From Paraphysomonas bandaiensis (lineage: Eukaryota > Protista > Chrysophyceae): a DNA stretch of 64,000 bases. The notes beneath the pieces are model-generated. The model was not told where the DNA came from. It made no database searches and saw only the letters and a program-made list of their open reading frames with translations. The stretch covers positions 62,001-126,000 of the forward strand of contig CBFFRP010000370.1 in the NCBI GenBank assembly GCA_965644295.1, read 5' to 3'. Within the stretch, counting starts at the first letter, position 1, and each line of letters opens with the position of its first letter. Positions 38,319-50,882 of the stretch are shown in pieces. A program made the position numbers and the translations under genes.

Positions 38319-39336
38319 ACTGAAAATTGTAGTAATTTAATACTTATTTGATTGCATGTTTACTATTTTACGGTTTAGATAATGTAATATAAACACTTTA
38401 TTTTTACACGACATGTGTGCACTGATATATATATCTTGCTTCTGTATCATATTACAAATGATCTCCCAAATAGTATCGTAAGTACTGAAGAATGCAGCAC
38501 CACTTCAAATTGGACAAACTGGAGTTGATAGTAGACAAGAGCGATACTTTGTAGCTTTGTAGTGCAATAAGAACGGCTAAGACACTGCTAAGACGTTCGT
38601 CTATTATCATTACGATTATATATTATATGAGTGTTGAGTGTACCTTATTTCAATCCTTTCTATTTAAAAATGGAATTAATTATTGATTAAATCGTGTAAA
38701 TGGAATAGGATATTGCGTGACTATGTATATTTCAAGTCATGATTTCGTTGCAAAAAGTAAATATGTACTGCAAAAATTTAATATCTACTACGAATCTTAC
38801 ATGTCATATGCCGGTTATATTTCTTGTTGAGCGTGAGAGGGTTTTGCTAATATTTGGTGAGTGAAGTGGCAAAATTCTTACCGTATTCTGTTCTACGTCC
38901 GCTATTTATATGAAGTCATCTGGCCCATTTTTCCTGGCACCCCTGGTGTGTCCTTGTAAAAGTACACCTTGCGACAAGATCTTCATCCTCGGGAAAATGT
39001 ACTCGAGTTCTTCATCAAATTTACGATCAGGTTTTCTAGAAGATGCGAAAACTCGGCGTACATCCAGGCAAGCCACATCAGCTCTCTCAGAACTTGTCTT
39101 GAAGTAGTTAAGTTGGAATAAACCGTGTGGGCGAGTAACAAAATACACAAGAACAGTACATTGCTCCACACTTACTGCTCCAGGTGCGTTATAGAAAATG
39201 CATGGAGAAATGAATGGGAGACAGAGATTACAGATATGGCGAACATACCATGCAAGGGGTTTTGGCCCCGTTGTTTACGTCCAGTCATAAAAATAGTTGA
39301 GCGAAATAACTCTTGATTTTATGATACTGTTGAAGG

Positions 39337-39577
39337 CCCTCAACAGAGTCGGTGAAGAGCATCCGGGACTGGGTCCACCTGAAAGGTAACCGGGGAATTG
39401 AGAAGCATCCGGGCTGTTCACCTTAAGGACTCAAACATCCTGAAGTCAGCAGATGTGAGGTATAATATCAACATTCTGATTGCTCACTACATTTGCCTTG
39501 AGTGATAGAGCGACAGCAGTTGCGTAGAATTGCTTGATAGTAATATTATAGAGCAGTATATCAGAGTTAAGACTTTC
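39337..39577 (+). mobile_element. Internally deleted CCCTCAAC retroposon; duplicated at 47520-47760
   Basis: CCCTCAACAGAGTC...GTTAAGACTTTC; TSD TACTGTTGAAG / TACTTTTGAAG. Confidence 0.7.
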
Positions 39578-39923
39578 ACTACTTTTGAAGAAATGGCATT
39601 GAATTGGTCCTGTTTGTACAGTTTACTCTAGGGTTTATATCGGGACATGTTTTCAACCAATAGGGTTTTCAACTTATTTCTAGTGTTTCAACGAAATCAT
39701 TGTGAAATGTCAATTTAAGATAATATGATGTATTGGGTAGACGATACGTTACCCTACAGAAAGGACCCCCTAGGCTACTACCGCGACTGCGTCCAAAACA
39801 TAGACAGAAATGGAAGCGCCCAAGGGTGCTAAGACTACTAGGAATCCACAGACGAACCGAGACTGGAACACCGTCCACCGCACATATGAACCCCACCAAT
39901 CATACGCATAGGACCATAGCACC

Positions 39924-42900
39924 GGATGCATTGAGAACGGAGTCTGGTGTTGCTGGTTCAGCATTGTCTGAAATGACGGCGGAGCGAGATTCATTGTTAG
40001 CGGAAGTGTCATCACTTCGATCTGAGTTGGTTGCATTGAGAACGGAGTCTGGTGTTGCTGGTTCAGCATTGTCTGAAATGACAGCAGAGCGGGATTCATT
40101 GTTAGCGGAAGTGTCATCACTTCGATCCGAGTTGGTTGGATTGAGAACGGAGTCTGGTGTTGCTGGATCTGCATTGTCTGAAATGACAGCAGGACGAGAT
40201 TCTTTGCTGGAGGAAGTGTCATCACTTCAATCTGAGTTGGAAGCATTGAGAACGGAGTCTTGTGTTGCTGGTTCTGCATTGTCTGATATGACGGCGGAGC
40301 GCGATTCTTTGTTAGTGGAAGTGTCATCACTTCGATCTGAGTTGGAAGCATTGAGAACGGAGTCTGGTGTTGCTGGTTCTGCATTGTCTGATATGACGGC
40401 GGAGCGAGATTCATTGCTGGAGGATGTGTCATCACTTCGATCTGAGTTGGTTGCAATGTTTGAGTCTAAGGAGTCTGTTATATTGTCCTTGGAAGAGCAA
40501 ATTTTGAAATTGAGAAGTGAAATTGACAGTAAAAGTAAACTTTTGTATTCTACTCAGTCAGAACTGAGATCGCTTCAGGAGTCAGATGAGTTATCACGTC
40601 GTGATCGTAACGAAGTGTTGGAGCGTTGCTTATCTGATGTCCGTCGCATGGAGGGGTTAGTATCGAGGTATCGCAGTAGTGCTGATGCATCCGATAAAGC
40701 ATTGCATCAAGCTAAACAGGAATGGGAAACAGAAAGAGAATCACTAAGGAGATCCCTACTTTCACTAGAGCAACGAGTAGTGCAGCATACCGAAAAAGAG
40801 AATGAATTTATGGAAAATATTGAGTGTCTCCAATCCAAGTTGGAGAAAATGAGAACGGAGTCTGGTGTTGCTGGATCTGCATTGTCTGAGGTTACTGCAG
40901 AGCGAGATTCATTGTTAGCGGATGTGTCATCACTTCGATCTGAGTTGGAAGCATTGAGAACGGAGTCTGGTGTTGCTGGATCTGCGTTGTCTGATATGAC
41001 GGCGGAGCGAGATTCATTGCTGGAGGATGTGTCATCACTTCGATCTGAGTTGGTTGCAATGTTTGAGTCTAAGGAGTCTGTTATATTGTCCTTGGAAGAG
41101 CAAATTTTGAAATTGAGAAGTGAAATTGACAGTAAAAGTAAACTTTTGTATTCTACTCAGTCAGAACTGAGATCGCTTCAGGAGTCAGATGAGTTATCAC
41201 GTCGTGATCGTAACGAAGTGTTGGAGCGTTGCTTATCTGATGTCCGTCGCATGGAGGGGTTAGTATCGAGGTATCGCAGTAGTGCTGATGCATCCGATAA
41301 AGCATTGCATCAAGCTAAACAGGAATGGGAAACAGAAAGAGAATCACTAAGGAGATCCCTACTTTCACTAGAGCAACGAGTAGTGCAGCATACCGAAAAA
41401 GAGAATGAATTTATGGAAAATATTGAGTGTCTCCAATCCAAGTTGGAGAAAATGAGAACGGAGTCTGGTGTTGCTGGATCTGCATTGTCTGAGGTTACTG
41501 CAGAGCGAGATTCATTGTTAGCGGATGTGTCATCACTTCGATCTGAGTTGGAAGCATTGAGAACGGAGTCTGGTGTTGCTGGATCTGCGTTGTCTGATAT
41601 GACGGCGGAGCGAGACTCTTTGCTGGAGGATGTGTCATCACTTCGATCTGAGTTGGTTGCATTGAGAACAGAGTCTGGTGTTGCTGAATCTACATTGTCT
41701 GATATGGCAGCAGAGCGGGATTCATTGTTAGCGGAAGTGTCATCACTTCGATCCGAGTTGGAAGCATTGAGAACGGAGTCTGGTGTTGCTGGATCTGCGT
41801 TGTCTGATATGACGGCGGAGCGAGACTCTTTGCTGGAGGATGTGTCATCACTTCGATCTGAGTTGGTTGCATTGAGAACAGAGTCTGGTGTTGCTGAATC
41901 TACATTGTCTGATATGGCAGCAGAGCGGGATTCATTGTTAGCGGATGTGTCATCACTTCGATCTGAGTTGGAAGCATTGAGAACGGAGTCTGGTGTTGCT
42001 GGATCTGCGTTGTCTGATATGACGGCGGAGCGAGACTCTTTGCTGGAGGATGTGTCATCACTTCGATCTGAGTTGGTTGCATTGAGAACAGAGTCTGGTG
42101 TTGCTGAATCTACATTGTCTGATATGGCAGCAGAGCGGGATTCATTGTTAGCGGAAGTGTCATCACTTCGATCCGAGTTGGAAGCATTGAGAACGGAGTC
42201 TGGTGTTGCTGGATCTGCGTTGTCTGATATGACGGCGGAGCGAGACTCTTTGCTGGAGGATGTGTCATCACTTCGATCTGAGTTGGTTGCATTGAGAACA
42301 GAGTCTGGTGTTGCTGAATCTACATTGTCTGATATGGCAGCAGAGCGGGATTCATTGTTAGCGGAAGTGTCATCACTTCGATCCGAGTTGGATGCATTGA
42401 GAACGGAGTCTGGTGTTGCTGGTTCTGCATTGTCTGAAATGACAGCAGGACGAGATTCTTTGCTGGAGGAAGTGTCATCACTTCGTTCTGAGTTGGTTAC
42501 ATTGAGAACGGAGTCTGGTGTTGCTGGATCTACATTGTCTGATATGACAGCAGAGCGGGATTCATTGTTAGCGGAAGTGTTATCACTTCGATCCGAGTTG
42601 GATGCATTGAGAACGGAGTCTGGTGTTGCTGGTTCTGCATTGTCTGAAATGACAGCAGGACGAGATTCTTTGCTGGAGGAAGTGTCATCACTTCGTTCTG
42701 AGTTGGTTACATTGAGAACGGAGTCTGGTGTTGCTGGATCTACATTGTCTGATATGACAGCAGAGCGGGATTCATTGTTAGCGGAAGTGTTATCACTTCG
42801 ATCCGAGTTGGTTACATTGAGAACGGAGTCTGGTGTTGCTGGATCTGCATTGTCTGAAATGACAGCAGAGCGGGATTCATTGTTAGCGGAAGTGTCATCA

Positions 42901-45900
42901 CTTCGATCCGAGTTGGATGCATTGAGAACGGAGTCTGGTGTTGCTGGTTCAGCATTGTCTGATATGACGGCGGAGCGCGATTCATTGTTAGCGGAAGTGT
43001 CATCACTTCGATCCGAGTTGGATGCATTGAGAACGGAGTCTGGTGTTGCTGGTTCTGCATTGTCTGATATGACGGCGGAGCGAGATTCATTGCTGGAGGA
43101 TGTGTCATCACTTCGTTCTGAGTTGGTTGCATTTAGATCGGAGTCTGGTGTTGCTGAATCTACATTGTCTGAGGTGACTGCAGAGCGAGATTCTTTGATG
43201 GAGGATGTGTCATCACTTCGATCTGAGTTGGTTGGATTGAGAACGGAGTCTGGTGTTGCTGAATCTGCATTGTCTGAGGTTACTGTGGAGCGAGATTCAT
43301 TGTTAACGGAAGTGTCATCACTTCGATCTGAGTTGGATGCATTGAGAACGGAGTCTGGTGTTGCTGGTTCAGCATTGTCTGATATGACAGCAGAGCGGGA
43401 TTCATTGTTAGCGGAAGTGTCATCACTTCGATCTGAGTTGGATGCATTGAGAACGGAGTCTGGTGTTGCTGGTTCATCATTGTCTGATATGACGGCGGAG
43501 CGCGATTCATTGTTAGCGGAAGTGTCATCACTTCGATCCGAGTTGGATGCATTGAGAACGGAGTCTGGTGTTGCTGGTTCTGCATTGTCTGATATGACGG
43601 CGGAGCGAGATTCATTGTTAGCGGAAGTGTCATCACTTCGTTCTGAGTTGGTTGCATTTAGATCGGAGTCTGGTGTTGCTGAATCTACATTGTCTGAGGT
43701 GACTGCAGAGCGAGATTCTTTTCTGGAGGAAGTGTCATCACTTCGATCTGAGTTGGTTGGATTCAGAACGGAGTCTGGTGTTGCTGAATCTGCATTGTCT
43801 GAAATGACAGCAGAGCGGGATTCATTGTTAGCGGAAGTGTCATCACTTCGATCCGAGTTGGATGCATTGAGAACGGAGTCTGGTGTTGTTGGATCTGCAT
43901 TGTCTGAAATGACAGCAGGACGAGATTCTTTGCTGGAGGAAGTGTCATCACTTCAATCTGAGTTGGAAGCATTGAGAACGGAGTCTGGTGTTGCTGAATC
44001 TGCATTGTCTGATATGACGGCGGAGCGAGATTCATTGCTGGAGGATGTGTCATCACTTCGATCTGAGTTGGTTGCAATGTTTGAGTCTAAGGAGTCTGTT
44101 ATATTGTCCTCGGAAGAGCAAATTTTGAAATTGAGAAGTGAAATTGACAGTAAAAGTAAACTTTTGTATTCTACTCAGTCAGAACTGAGATCGCTTCAGG
44201 AGTCAGATGAGTTATCACGTCGTGATCGTAACGAAGTGTTGGAGCGATGCTTATCTGATGTCCGTCGCATGGAGGGGTTAGTATCGAGGTATCGCAGTAG
44301 TGCTGATGCATCCGATAAAGCATTGCATCAAGCTAAACAGGAATGGGAAACAGAAAGAGAATCACTAAGGAGATCCCTACTTTCACTAGAGCAACGAGTA
44401 GTGCAGCATACCGAAAAAGAGAATGAATTTATGGAAAATATTGAGTGTCTCCAATCCAAGTTGGAGAAAATGAGAACGGAGTCTGGTGTTGCTGAATCTG
44501 CATTGTCTGAAATGACTGCAGAGCGAGATTCTTTTCTGGAGGAAGTGTCATCACTTCGATCTGAGTTGGTTGGATTCAGAACGGAGTCTGGTGTTGCTGA
44601 ATCTGCATTGTCTGAAATGACAGCAGAGCGGGATTCATTGTTAGCGGAAGTGTCATCACTTCGATCCGAGTTGGATGCATTGAGAACGGAGTCTGGTGTT
44701 GTTGGATCTGCATTGTCTGAAATGACAGCAGGACGAGATTCTTTGTTAGTGGAAGTGTCATCACTTCGATCTGAGTTGGAAGCATTGAGAACGGAGTCTG
44801 GTGTTGCTGGTTCTGCATTGTCTGATATGACGGCGGAGCGAGATTCATTGCTGGAGGATGTGTCATCACTTCGATCTGAGTTGGTTGCAATGTTTGAGTC
44901 TAAGGAGTCTGTTATATTGTCCTCGGAAGAGCAAATTTTGAAATTGAGAAGTGAAATTGACAGTAAAAGTAAACTTTTGTATTCTACTCAGTCAGAACTG
45001 AGATCGCTTCAGGAGTCAGATGAGTTATCACGTCGTGATCGTAACGAAGTGTTGGAGCGATGCTTATCTGATGTCCGTCGCATGGAGGGGTTAGTATCGA
45101 GGTATCGCAGTAGTGCTGATGCATCCGATAAAGCATTGCATCAAGCTAAACAGGAATGGGAAACAGAAAGAGAATCACTAAGGAGATCCCTACTTTCACT
45201 AGAGCAACGAGTAGTGCAGCATACCGAAAAAGAGAATGAATTTATGGAAAATATTGAGTGTCTCCAATCCAAGTTGGAGAAAATGAGAACGGAGTCTGGT
45301 GTTGCTGAATCTGCGTTGTCTGAAATGACTGCAGAGCGAGATTCATTGTTAGCGGAAGTGTCATCACTTCGATCTGAGTTGGAAGCATTGAGAACGGAGT
45401 CTGGTGTTGCTGGTTCTGCGTTGTCTGAAATGACGGCAGAGCGAGATTCATTGCTGGAGGATGTATTGTCGCTTCGGAGTCATAATGGAGTGTTAAGAGA
45501 TCGTGTTGCTGGTCTTAATGAAGAATGTCGTCTATTGAATGATGATATGGAATCAAACTACAAATACTATTCTGAGAAACTTTCTGCTGCACGGGTACTT
45601 TTACAAGAGAAAGAGTCAGCTTTACTCGCACTACATGGGCGGTTACATCACCTCACGGACAGATATCATGTTCTTGTTGGTGAAGATATTGACTCGTTGC
45701 ACAGAAGTTCTTCAGTATTGAACGGTGTACTTTCAATTTTGAGTCGCCTTGGAGACATATTTTTACAGAGAAAACATTCTTCCGTTGCGAAATCTGCTGA
45801 TCGTGTGTTTTCAATGTTGGACAGTCACACACATTTGGTAAGGGCTGAATACAGAGCGCAGAACATGCGTCTTCAGGAACTCAAAAATAAATGTATTCTC

Positions 45901-46501
45901 GTGCATGAGTCTCATCGTGATCACATCACGGAAAAAGTCGATGACATTCTAGCCGGCCTTGTACATGATCTCCAAGGATGCGATAGACATTTGAGAGAGC
46001 TAAATGGTGTTGGGATTGATGACTGCGTTGAGCGCATGGATATACTCGGGCGTGTCCTGACGCTGCTCAAGAAATGTTCAGTGGATGTGCAAAATGTTTT
46101 AGACCTACGAAAAACGAAGGCACAATCTTTTGCAGCAACAGTGGGAGCTGTTGACCAACACAATAATTCTCAGCAGGAGACATACTTGACTGCAGCTCTG
46201 GACCGGGAAAGGATTAAAACTCGAGGGGCTATTAGCTTGGTGCGTCAGCAGCAGTTATGCATACTTACACAAAGGTGAGTGTCGTCCTTGAGAGTGACGA
46301 TCCATTGTTGGTAATATTGTTTATAGGCTGCTTCTGCACAAATACAAAGCTAAATTAGGGACAGAGAGATCTTTAGATCACGTGAAAGAAAATCTGGACT
46401 CACTCAATCCTACAATCTTAATTGAGAGGGCAGAGTCTTTAGTATCCGAAATGTCAGAGAGCGTTAATAGAATAAGAAATGCCGACATTTCTATAGGATA
46501 A
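39924..46501 (+). pseudogene. 5'-truncated second copy of the coiled-coil gene, fused in frame to a LINE remnant
   Basis: Lacks exon 1 and the start of exon 2; the ORF call begins at TTG inside retroelement sequence. Confidence 0.6.
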
Positions 46502-47918
46502 ACTGAAAATTGTAGTAATTTAATACTTATTTGATTGCATGTTTACTATTTTACGGTTTAGATAATGTAATATAAACACTTTATTTTTACACGACATGTG
46601 TGCACTGATATATATATCTTGCTTCTGTATCATATTACAAATGATCTCCCAAATAGTATCGTAAGTACTGAAGAATGCAGCACCACTTCAAATTGGACAA
46701 ACTGGAGTTGATAGTAGACAAGAGCGATACTTTGTAGCTTTGTAGTGCAATAAGAACGGCTAAGACACTGCTAAGACGTTCGTCTATTATCATTACGATT
46801 ATATATTATATGAGTGTTGAGTGTACCTTATTTCAATCCTTTCTATTTAAAAATGGAATTAATTATTGATTAAATCGTGTAAATGGAATAGGATATTGCG
46901 TGACTATGTATATTTCAAGTCATGATTTCGTTGCAAAAAGTAAATATGTACTGCAAAAATTTAATATCTACTACGAATCTTACATGTCATATGCCGGTTA
47001 TATTTCTTGTTGAGCGTGAGAGGGTTTTGCTAATATTTGGTGAGTGAAGTGGCAAAATTCTTACCGTATTCTGTTCTACGTCCGCTATTTATATGAAGTC
47101 ATCTGGCCCATTTTTCCTGGCACCCCTGGTGTGTCCTTGTAAAAGTACACCTTGCGACAAGATCTTCATCCTCGGGAAAATGTACTCGAGTTCTTCATCA
47201 AATTTACGATCAGGTTTTCTAGAAGATGCGAAAACTCGGCGTACATCCAGGCAAGCCACATCAGCTCTCTCAGAACTTGTCTTGAAGTAGTTAAGTTGGA
47301 ATAAACCGTGTGGGCGAGTAACAAAATACACAAGAACAGTACATTGCTCCACACTTACTGCTCCAGGTGCGTTATAGAAAATGCATGGAGAAATGAATGG
47401 GAGACAGAGATTACAGATATGGCGAACATACCATGCAAGGGGTTTTGGCCCCGTTGTTTACGTCCAGTCATAAAAATAGTTGAGCGAAATAACTCTTGAT
47501 TTTATGATACTGTTGAAGGCCCTCAACAGAGTCGGTGAAGAGCATCCGGGACTGGGTCCACCTGAAAGGTAACCGGGGAATTGAGAAGCATCCGGGCTGT
47601 TCACCTTAAGGACTCAAACATCCTGAAGTCAGCAGATGTGAGGTATAATATCAACATTCTGATTGCTCACTACATTTGCCTTGAGTGATAGAGCGACAGC
47701 AGTTGCGTAGAATTGCTTGATAGTAATATTATAGAGCAGTATATCAGAGTTAAGACTTTCACTACTTTTGAAGAAATGGCATTGAATTGGTCCTGTTTGT
47801 ACAGTTTACTCTAGGGTTTATATCGGGACATGTTTTCAACCAATAGGGTTTTCAACTTATTTCTAGTGTTTCAACGAAATCATTGTGAAATGTCAATTTA
47901 AGATAATATGATGTATTG

Positions 47919-48560
47919 GGTAGACGATACGTTACCCTACAGAAAGGACCCCCTAGGCTACTACCGCGACTGCGTCCAAAACATAGACAGAAATGGAAGC
48001 GCCCAAGGGTGCTAAGACTACTAGGAATCCACAGACGAACCGAGACTGGAACACCGTCCACCGCACATATGAACCCCACCAATCATACGCATAGGACCAT
48101 AGCACCGGACCGCACGAAACCAGGAGGCCCTAGACAGCGGCGACGCCGTCTCCGGCAACTCCACCTATGCCTGATGCCCAGACGGTGCACGGCGACAACG
48201 ACACATTCCACCACACCATCAAACTCTGTGCACACACATCTAGTGCTCGGTACACTCAGGACCTTAACACAGAACCCTGTACCTCAGAGCCTGGCGGAAC
48301 CTTATCCCAAGGGGAGACATCCGGACAACACGCGCCAGTGAGTCCTAAGACACACGAGCAGGGCGAAACTCACAAACAACATTAAGAACGGAAGTGGTTG
48401 CACCTTGGTGCTTGCGGCGACGCACAAGCAGCTTCTGTAGCGCTAAATAATAGGATAATAGAATTTGTGCTGATTAGTTATGGGTAGAGGTCTAACTAGT
48501 AGATCTAGCCACTGTATCGGAACGAGTTTTTAACGCCTATTGCTAAATATAAAGACTTTC
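47919..48560 (+). mobile_element. 5'-truncated LINE remnant with the family 3' tail
   Basis: TSD ATGATGTATTG on both sides; C/A-rich body; GGTTGCACCTTGGTGCTTGCGGCGACGCACAAGCAG; ends AACGCCTATTGCTAAATATAAAGACTTTC. Confidence 0.75.
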
Positions 48561-48898
48561 AATAATGATGTATTGACTATTGAATTTAAAAGAATTCTAT
48601 ATAGAATTAGTGCCAGCCATCATCATATCAAGTCAAGATAGAATGGTTAGGGAGCGGACAAAGAAGGTACAGAGGTGCAAGCAATAAAAGCCATGTTACA
48701 AGAGTAAAACAATTCAATTATAAAGTTTAGTCGCTCACTGGTAATCCGGATTTTAAAACGGTGAATTCTAATTCATTTCAGTTCTTTACATTATTCATAA
48801 AGGGCTACAAGAGTGTTATCACAGAAGCATTAATCAGTTCAGAGAGCGATTCAAGAGGTATTTGCAGTATGTAAGAGTCAATGCAGTGTATGCATGTG

Positions 48899-49140
48899 TT
48901 ATTAGCAATAGGCGTTAGAGAGTCAGTGCTTAACTCTGATACCCTGCTCTATATAACTACCAAGCAGTGCTCTGTGCAAGTGCTGTCGCTCTATCACTCA
49001 ATGCAAGTGCAGTGAGTGGACAGACTGTTGATATACCTGACATCTGATGACTTCAGGTGCACAGCTTGAATGGCCTTGAGCCCTTGAGTCCTTGAGGTGG
49101 GCCCAAAGACACCTACACAGACACTTGTCCCTTCTATTAC
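48899..49140 (-). mobile_element. Degenerate retroposon-family copy
   Basis: Reverse complement matches 39425-39570 (CCTGAAGTCA.CAGATGT.AGGTATA...TTGAGTGATAGAGCGACAGCA) and ends AACGCCTATTGCTAATAA. Confidence 0.65.
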
Positions 49141-49580
49141 TGTTTTGTCCTCTTCCACCCTTAGAACTCTGTACATGTATACAATTTTGGGGTTTATATT
49201 TCCTAAATACCCAATTTTTACACCTAAATCCGGGTATTTAGGGTTTTAGGCCGCAAGCTCAATGCATTATTCTCTGTATGTTCTGTATGTAGAGATGCTA
49301 AAAAAACAATGTCAGGTTCAAAAACTGGGGTTATTAGAAACCATGAATATAAAAAAGGGTATTATTTATACTATACGGATATATCAGCTCTATATCTCTT
49401 TCATTTTCAGTTTCTAAGTGTCTATTGAAGATACGTCTGTGTTGATGGTGATAATAAGATAAGAGGTGTGTGTATGTGTGTATATACATACAGCAGCATG
49501 AGTGTGTCTAGAGTGAGTCCAGTGCACAGCATATTAACATAATTAGAGTGGTAAGACCCTCGTATATACATATATAGGTC

Positions 49581-50485
49581 ATGGGAAAGGTCATTCGTGG
49601 TCAGAGAAAAGGAAAGGGTTCAATTTTTAGATCCCATACAGTCGGTCGTAAGGGAGCATGCAAATATAAGCGTGCTGATTATGCGGAACGTAATGGATAT
49701 GCTAAAGGCATTGTAACAGAGATATTGCATGATAAGGGACGTGGTGCACCTATTTGTAGAGTTCAATTCAAGGATCCTTACAGGTTCAAGAAGGTTACCA
49801 CAACTCTTGTGGCTCCTGAGGGTCTCTATACGGGTCAGTTTATATACGCTGGAAAGAAAGGTATGTATATGTATGATATGATCATTAGATATACGTGTTA
49901 ATACCTTATATAGCCACTCTTGCTATTGGTAATGTCTTGCCTTTGAGTGAGCTTCCTGAGGGTACTGTTATCTGCAATGTCGAGTCTAAAATTGGTGATC
50001 TCGGCAAGGTTGCTAAGGCCTCTGGCAACTACTGTGTTATCATCGCCCAGGATGCTGATAAGGGTACCACCCGCGTTAGAATGCCCTCTGGCTCAAAGAG
50101 AACCTTCAGCAACCTTTGCAGAGCTACTGTTGGCATCGTTGCTGGTGGCGGACGCACTGATAAGCCTATCCTTAAGGCTGGACGTGCCTTCCACAAGTAC
50201 AAGGCTAAGAGAAACGAGTGGCCAATTGTAAGTGCTCATACCTGTGAAGTGTATATATTGATTCTAGTTCTCTTTTCTGTTGATGTATGACTAATTGATA
50301 TGCTAATGTAGGTCAGAGGTGTGGCAATGAACCCCGTTGACCATCCCCATGGTGGTGGTAACCAGCAGCACATGGGCAAGCCTGGTACTATCAGCCGCGT
50401 GACTTGTGCTGGTGCCAAGGTTGGTCAGATTGCCGCCAGACGCACTGGTAGACTCAGAGGATCTGTCAGAACCGATGAAGTTTAA
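49581..50485 (+). CDS. RPL8: 60S ribosomal protein L8 (uL2), 3 exons
   Basis: [11 protein letters not shown]...GRGAP; [17 protein letters not shown]; [17 protein letters not shown]; introns 49861-49913 and 50228-50311. Confidence 0.97.
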
Positions 50486-50882
50486 ATAGTGGCGACAGTA
50501 TATTCCCTTATCCCTTGTTAAGTAACAGCTACATGTCTGTTAACAAACTAAGAATGACCCTTACCACTTTTAACCCAACTATTCTTTTTTCGTTTATCCA
50601 CGCGCGCATTAATATAGACTAATTTACTATGTTGATCGCATCAGTAGATAAGTTAAACAGTTGACGCTTGTTACACTTAGTAATACGTAGCTCGCTATTT
50701 GTTACCTGTAGCAATACGAATAGCTTTGTGGTAGTGTTTTCTGATGGTGGTTGTGCTCCTAGCTGTGATCAATCACACATTTCAGCACTTTTTATTAAGC
50801 AGAGTTTTGGTCACACAATTTACTTTCCAGGGTTATAAAAACTTCGTGATTATTGAGATATAATATATAATATATTACATTT

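Larger units (their letters stand above)
32869..48109 (+). repeat. Tandem segmental duplication: unit 1 ~32869-39926, unit 2 ~39924-48109
   Basis: Near-identical unique sequence offset by 8183 bp (e.g. ORF ends 38095/46278); junction ACC-GGA-TGCATTGAG. Confidence 0.92.

Noticed and set aside
39733-39923. Genuine N-terminus for the 2181-aa ORF
   Set aside because: Begins at TTG within LINE-remnant sequence created by the duplication junction
32484-45451. Minus-strand Q/P/T/M-rich ORFs (MQPTQIEVMT...)
   Set aside because: Antisense shadows of the 105-bp coding repeat
32350-45480. CRISPR-like array
   Set aside because: The repeats are contiguous, in frame and have no unique spacers; no cas genes; eukaryotic context
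49030-49070. Hammerhead ribozyme suggested by CTGATGA
   Set aside because: No properly placed GAAA or stems; it lies antisense within a retroposon copy whose homologue reads CTGCTGA
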